Shown here: piece by piece, positions 62,901 through 64,000 of the stretch
Layout: each line of letters opens with the position of its first letter
Position numbering within the stretch: position 1 is the stretch's first letter
Assembly: GCA_964016885.1 (NCBI GenBank)
Contig: OZ024743.1
Coordinates: forward strand, 35,712,001 to 35,776,000
Direction of reading: 5' to 3'
DNA length: 64,000 nt
Source: Eledone cirrhosa
Taxonomy: Eukaryota
Notes under the pieces: model-generated
Seen by the model: only the letters and a program-made list of their open reading frames with translations
What the model was told of the DNA's origin: nothing
Databases searched by the model: none
Translations under genes and position numbers: made by a program

Positions 62901-63435
62901 TCTGAAGACCTATAATATATAGAAACACTACACTGTGTCATTACTATACTCTGAAGACCTGTAAGATATAGAAACACTACACTGTGTCGTTACTATACCG
63001 TGAAGACCTGTAAGATATAGAAACACTAGACTGTATCATTACTATACTGTGAAGACCTGTAAGATATAGAAACACTACACTGTGTCATTACTATACTGTG
63101 AAGACCTGTAATATATAGAAACACTACACTGTGTCATTACTATACTGAGAAGACCTGTAATATATAGAAACACTACACTGTATCATTACTATACTCTGAA
63201 GACCTGTAAGATATAGAAACACTAGACTGTATCATTACTATACTGAGAAGACCTGTAAGATATAGAAACACTACACTGTATCATTACTATACTCTGAAGA
63301 CCTGTAAAATATAGAAACACTACACTGTGTCATTACTATACTGTGAAGACCTGTAAAATATAGAAACACTACACTGTGTCAAAGAAAATATTTAATATTA
63401 AATGAGTAAACGATATAACACCTTGAGTGAATTAC

Positions 63436-63769
63436 TTTTTTCATATTGTTATTAATAATTTAGCTTTATTCACAATAATTTATAACTTTGCCTATTAATC
63501 CGTATGGTGAGCAAATGGGGTCCCACGTGCTGGCCTCCACACAGCCCCGGCGGACAGGATGGAGAAGGCGTTTCCCCGGAGGATGGTAAGGGAGATGCGC
63601 TGGAAGAGCCATTCCAACTCGTGAGGCTCACACCTGCGGCTGGCCAGCTCAGTACCTATGGTGGTGAATAGGGAGGTAGCCCTAGGACCAAGGACACCAG
63701 AAGTCTCCACTGCCAAGGGTACGACCGGTACTTGGAGAGTTTGACCTCCTCAGCCCGACGTGCAGCAGT
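63436..63769 (-). mobile_element. 5'-truncated remnant of a non-LTR retrotransposon with restriction-like endonuclease (CRE-clade-like): endonuclease C-terminus plus putative 3' UTR
   Basis: GC-rich island in AT-rich flank. The minus strand gives TAARRAEEVKLSKYR (63769-63725), then in another frame VPLAVETSGVLG...WLFQRISLTILRGNAFSIL. From memory this matches the AA..AE..K..KY / VP.AVET.G / QRIS..I.RGNA pattern of CRE-type ORF ends. Stop at 63495-63497, AATAAA at 63470-63465, A6 at 63441-63436. No database search was run. Confidence 0.78.
63495..63769 (-). pseudogene. Frameshifted coding fragment of the retrotransposon ORF (includes the supplied 73-aa ORF)
   Basis: The ORF 'start' at 63716 is a TTG (Leu) inside GTA CCC TTG GCA (VPLA). 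The upstream conserved motif lies in a different frame, with the break at 63724/63722. No RT or PD..D catalytic part remains. Confidence 0.78.
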
Positions 63770-63797
63770 ACATTTTACTTATAATGATAATTTCGAG

Positions 63798-63822
63798 AAA
63801 AAAAGAAAAGAAAAAAAGAAAA
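63798..63822 (+). repeat. A-rich low-complexity tract (AAAAAAAGAAAAGAAAAAAAGAAAA)
   Basis: Directly visible: 22 A and 3 G. Confidence 0.9.
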
Positions 63823-64000
63823 TATATAATTTTCATAGGTTTTGAATTATATATGAGGCAATTACAATATCGCTTATATAAGGAAATATAGATGTATTAG
63901 TCATTATAGTGAGAGGTTATCATTCACACGATGGAGGTCATGGCATGCTATATTCACAGACGTTGATCCAGAAACAACACCAGAAGACCAAGTGTATGTA

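Larger units (their letters stand above)
1..63381. repeat. Satellite DNA array, 49-bp monomer, ~1293.4 copies in window (continues left of the window)
   Basis: TAGAAACACT recurs at 1, 50, ... and at 2941, 5881, 8821, 11761, 14701 (multiples of 49x60). The last unit starts at 63361 = 1 + 49x1293 + 3, matching the net +3 of the nine indels seen. Single orientation, typically 0-4 substitutions per unit, no interrupting foreign sequence seen. Confidence 0.99.

Noticed and set aside
1-63381. CRISPR array or repeat-spacer system
   Set aside because: There are no unique spacers: the entire 49 bp repeats with only point variants. No cas genes are present.
1-63381. Repetitive protein-coding sequence
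   Set aside because: 49 is not a multiple of 3 and each unit has stops on both strands, so every frame closes within about three units. The ORF track reports nothing here.
1-63381. Assignment as centromere, telomere, spliced-leader or tRNA/5S array
   Set aside because: No telomeric motif, Sm site, pol III boxes or cloverleaf was recognised. Centromeric function cannot be read from sequence alone.
63390-63403. Perfect 14-bp palindrome ATTTAATATTAAAT next to the array end
   Set aside because: AT-only sequence in a very AT-rich flank; not distinguishable from chance.
63495-63716. The supplied 73-aa ORF as a real small gene
   Set aside because: It starts at an internal TTG. The nearest in-frame ATG (63773) is closed by TGA after seven codons, and homology continues upstream in another frame, so it is a pseudogenic fragment.
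63895-64000. Faint monomer-like words in the right flank (GTCATTATAG, AGAAACAACAC, GAAGACC)
   Set aside because: Short matches without the monomer's spacing or 49-bp periodicity; cannot support a decayed satellite copy.

Overview
Eukaryotic-looking, almost entirely non-coding window. Positions 1-63381 are one uninterrupted head-to-tail array of a 49-bp monomer (consensus TAGAAACACTACACTGTGTCATTACTATACT[C/G]TGAAGACCTGTAAGATA, about 35% GC). It holds 1293 full units plus a 21-bp partial unit, and I found only 9 indel events. Rare variant monomers show nested tandem duplications from about 0.5 to 16 kb and two variant domains. The most notable observation is that the monomer, read on the + strand, parses with no leftover bases into a hammerhead-ribozyme-like layout: CTGAAGA / stem II / GAAA / stem III ACAC..GTGT / GTC / stem I. 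Stems I and II are weak or non-canonical, and many copies carry a core-breaking C3>G change. The array ends at the predicted GUC cleavage site (63380) and is followed by an A-rich tract. The last ~620 bp are unique and contain a 5'-truncated, frameshifted remnant of the endonuclease C-terminus of a CRE-like non-LTR retrotransposon on the minus strand; the supplied 73-aa ORF is part of it. No intact gene, CRISPR array, tRNA or rRNA is present. All counts and offsets were read by eye from marker variants, not computed.
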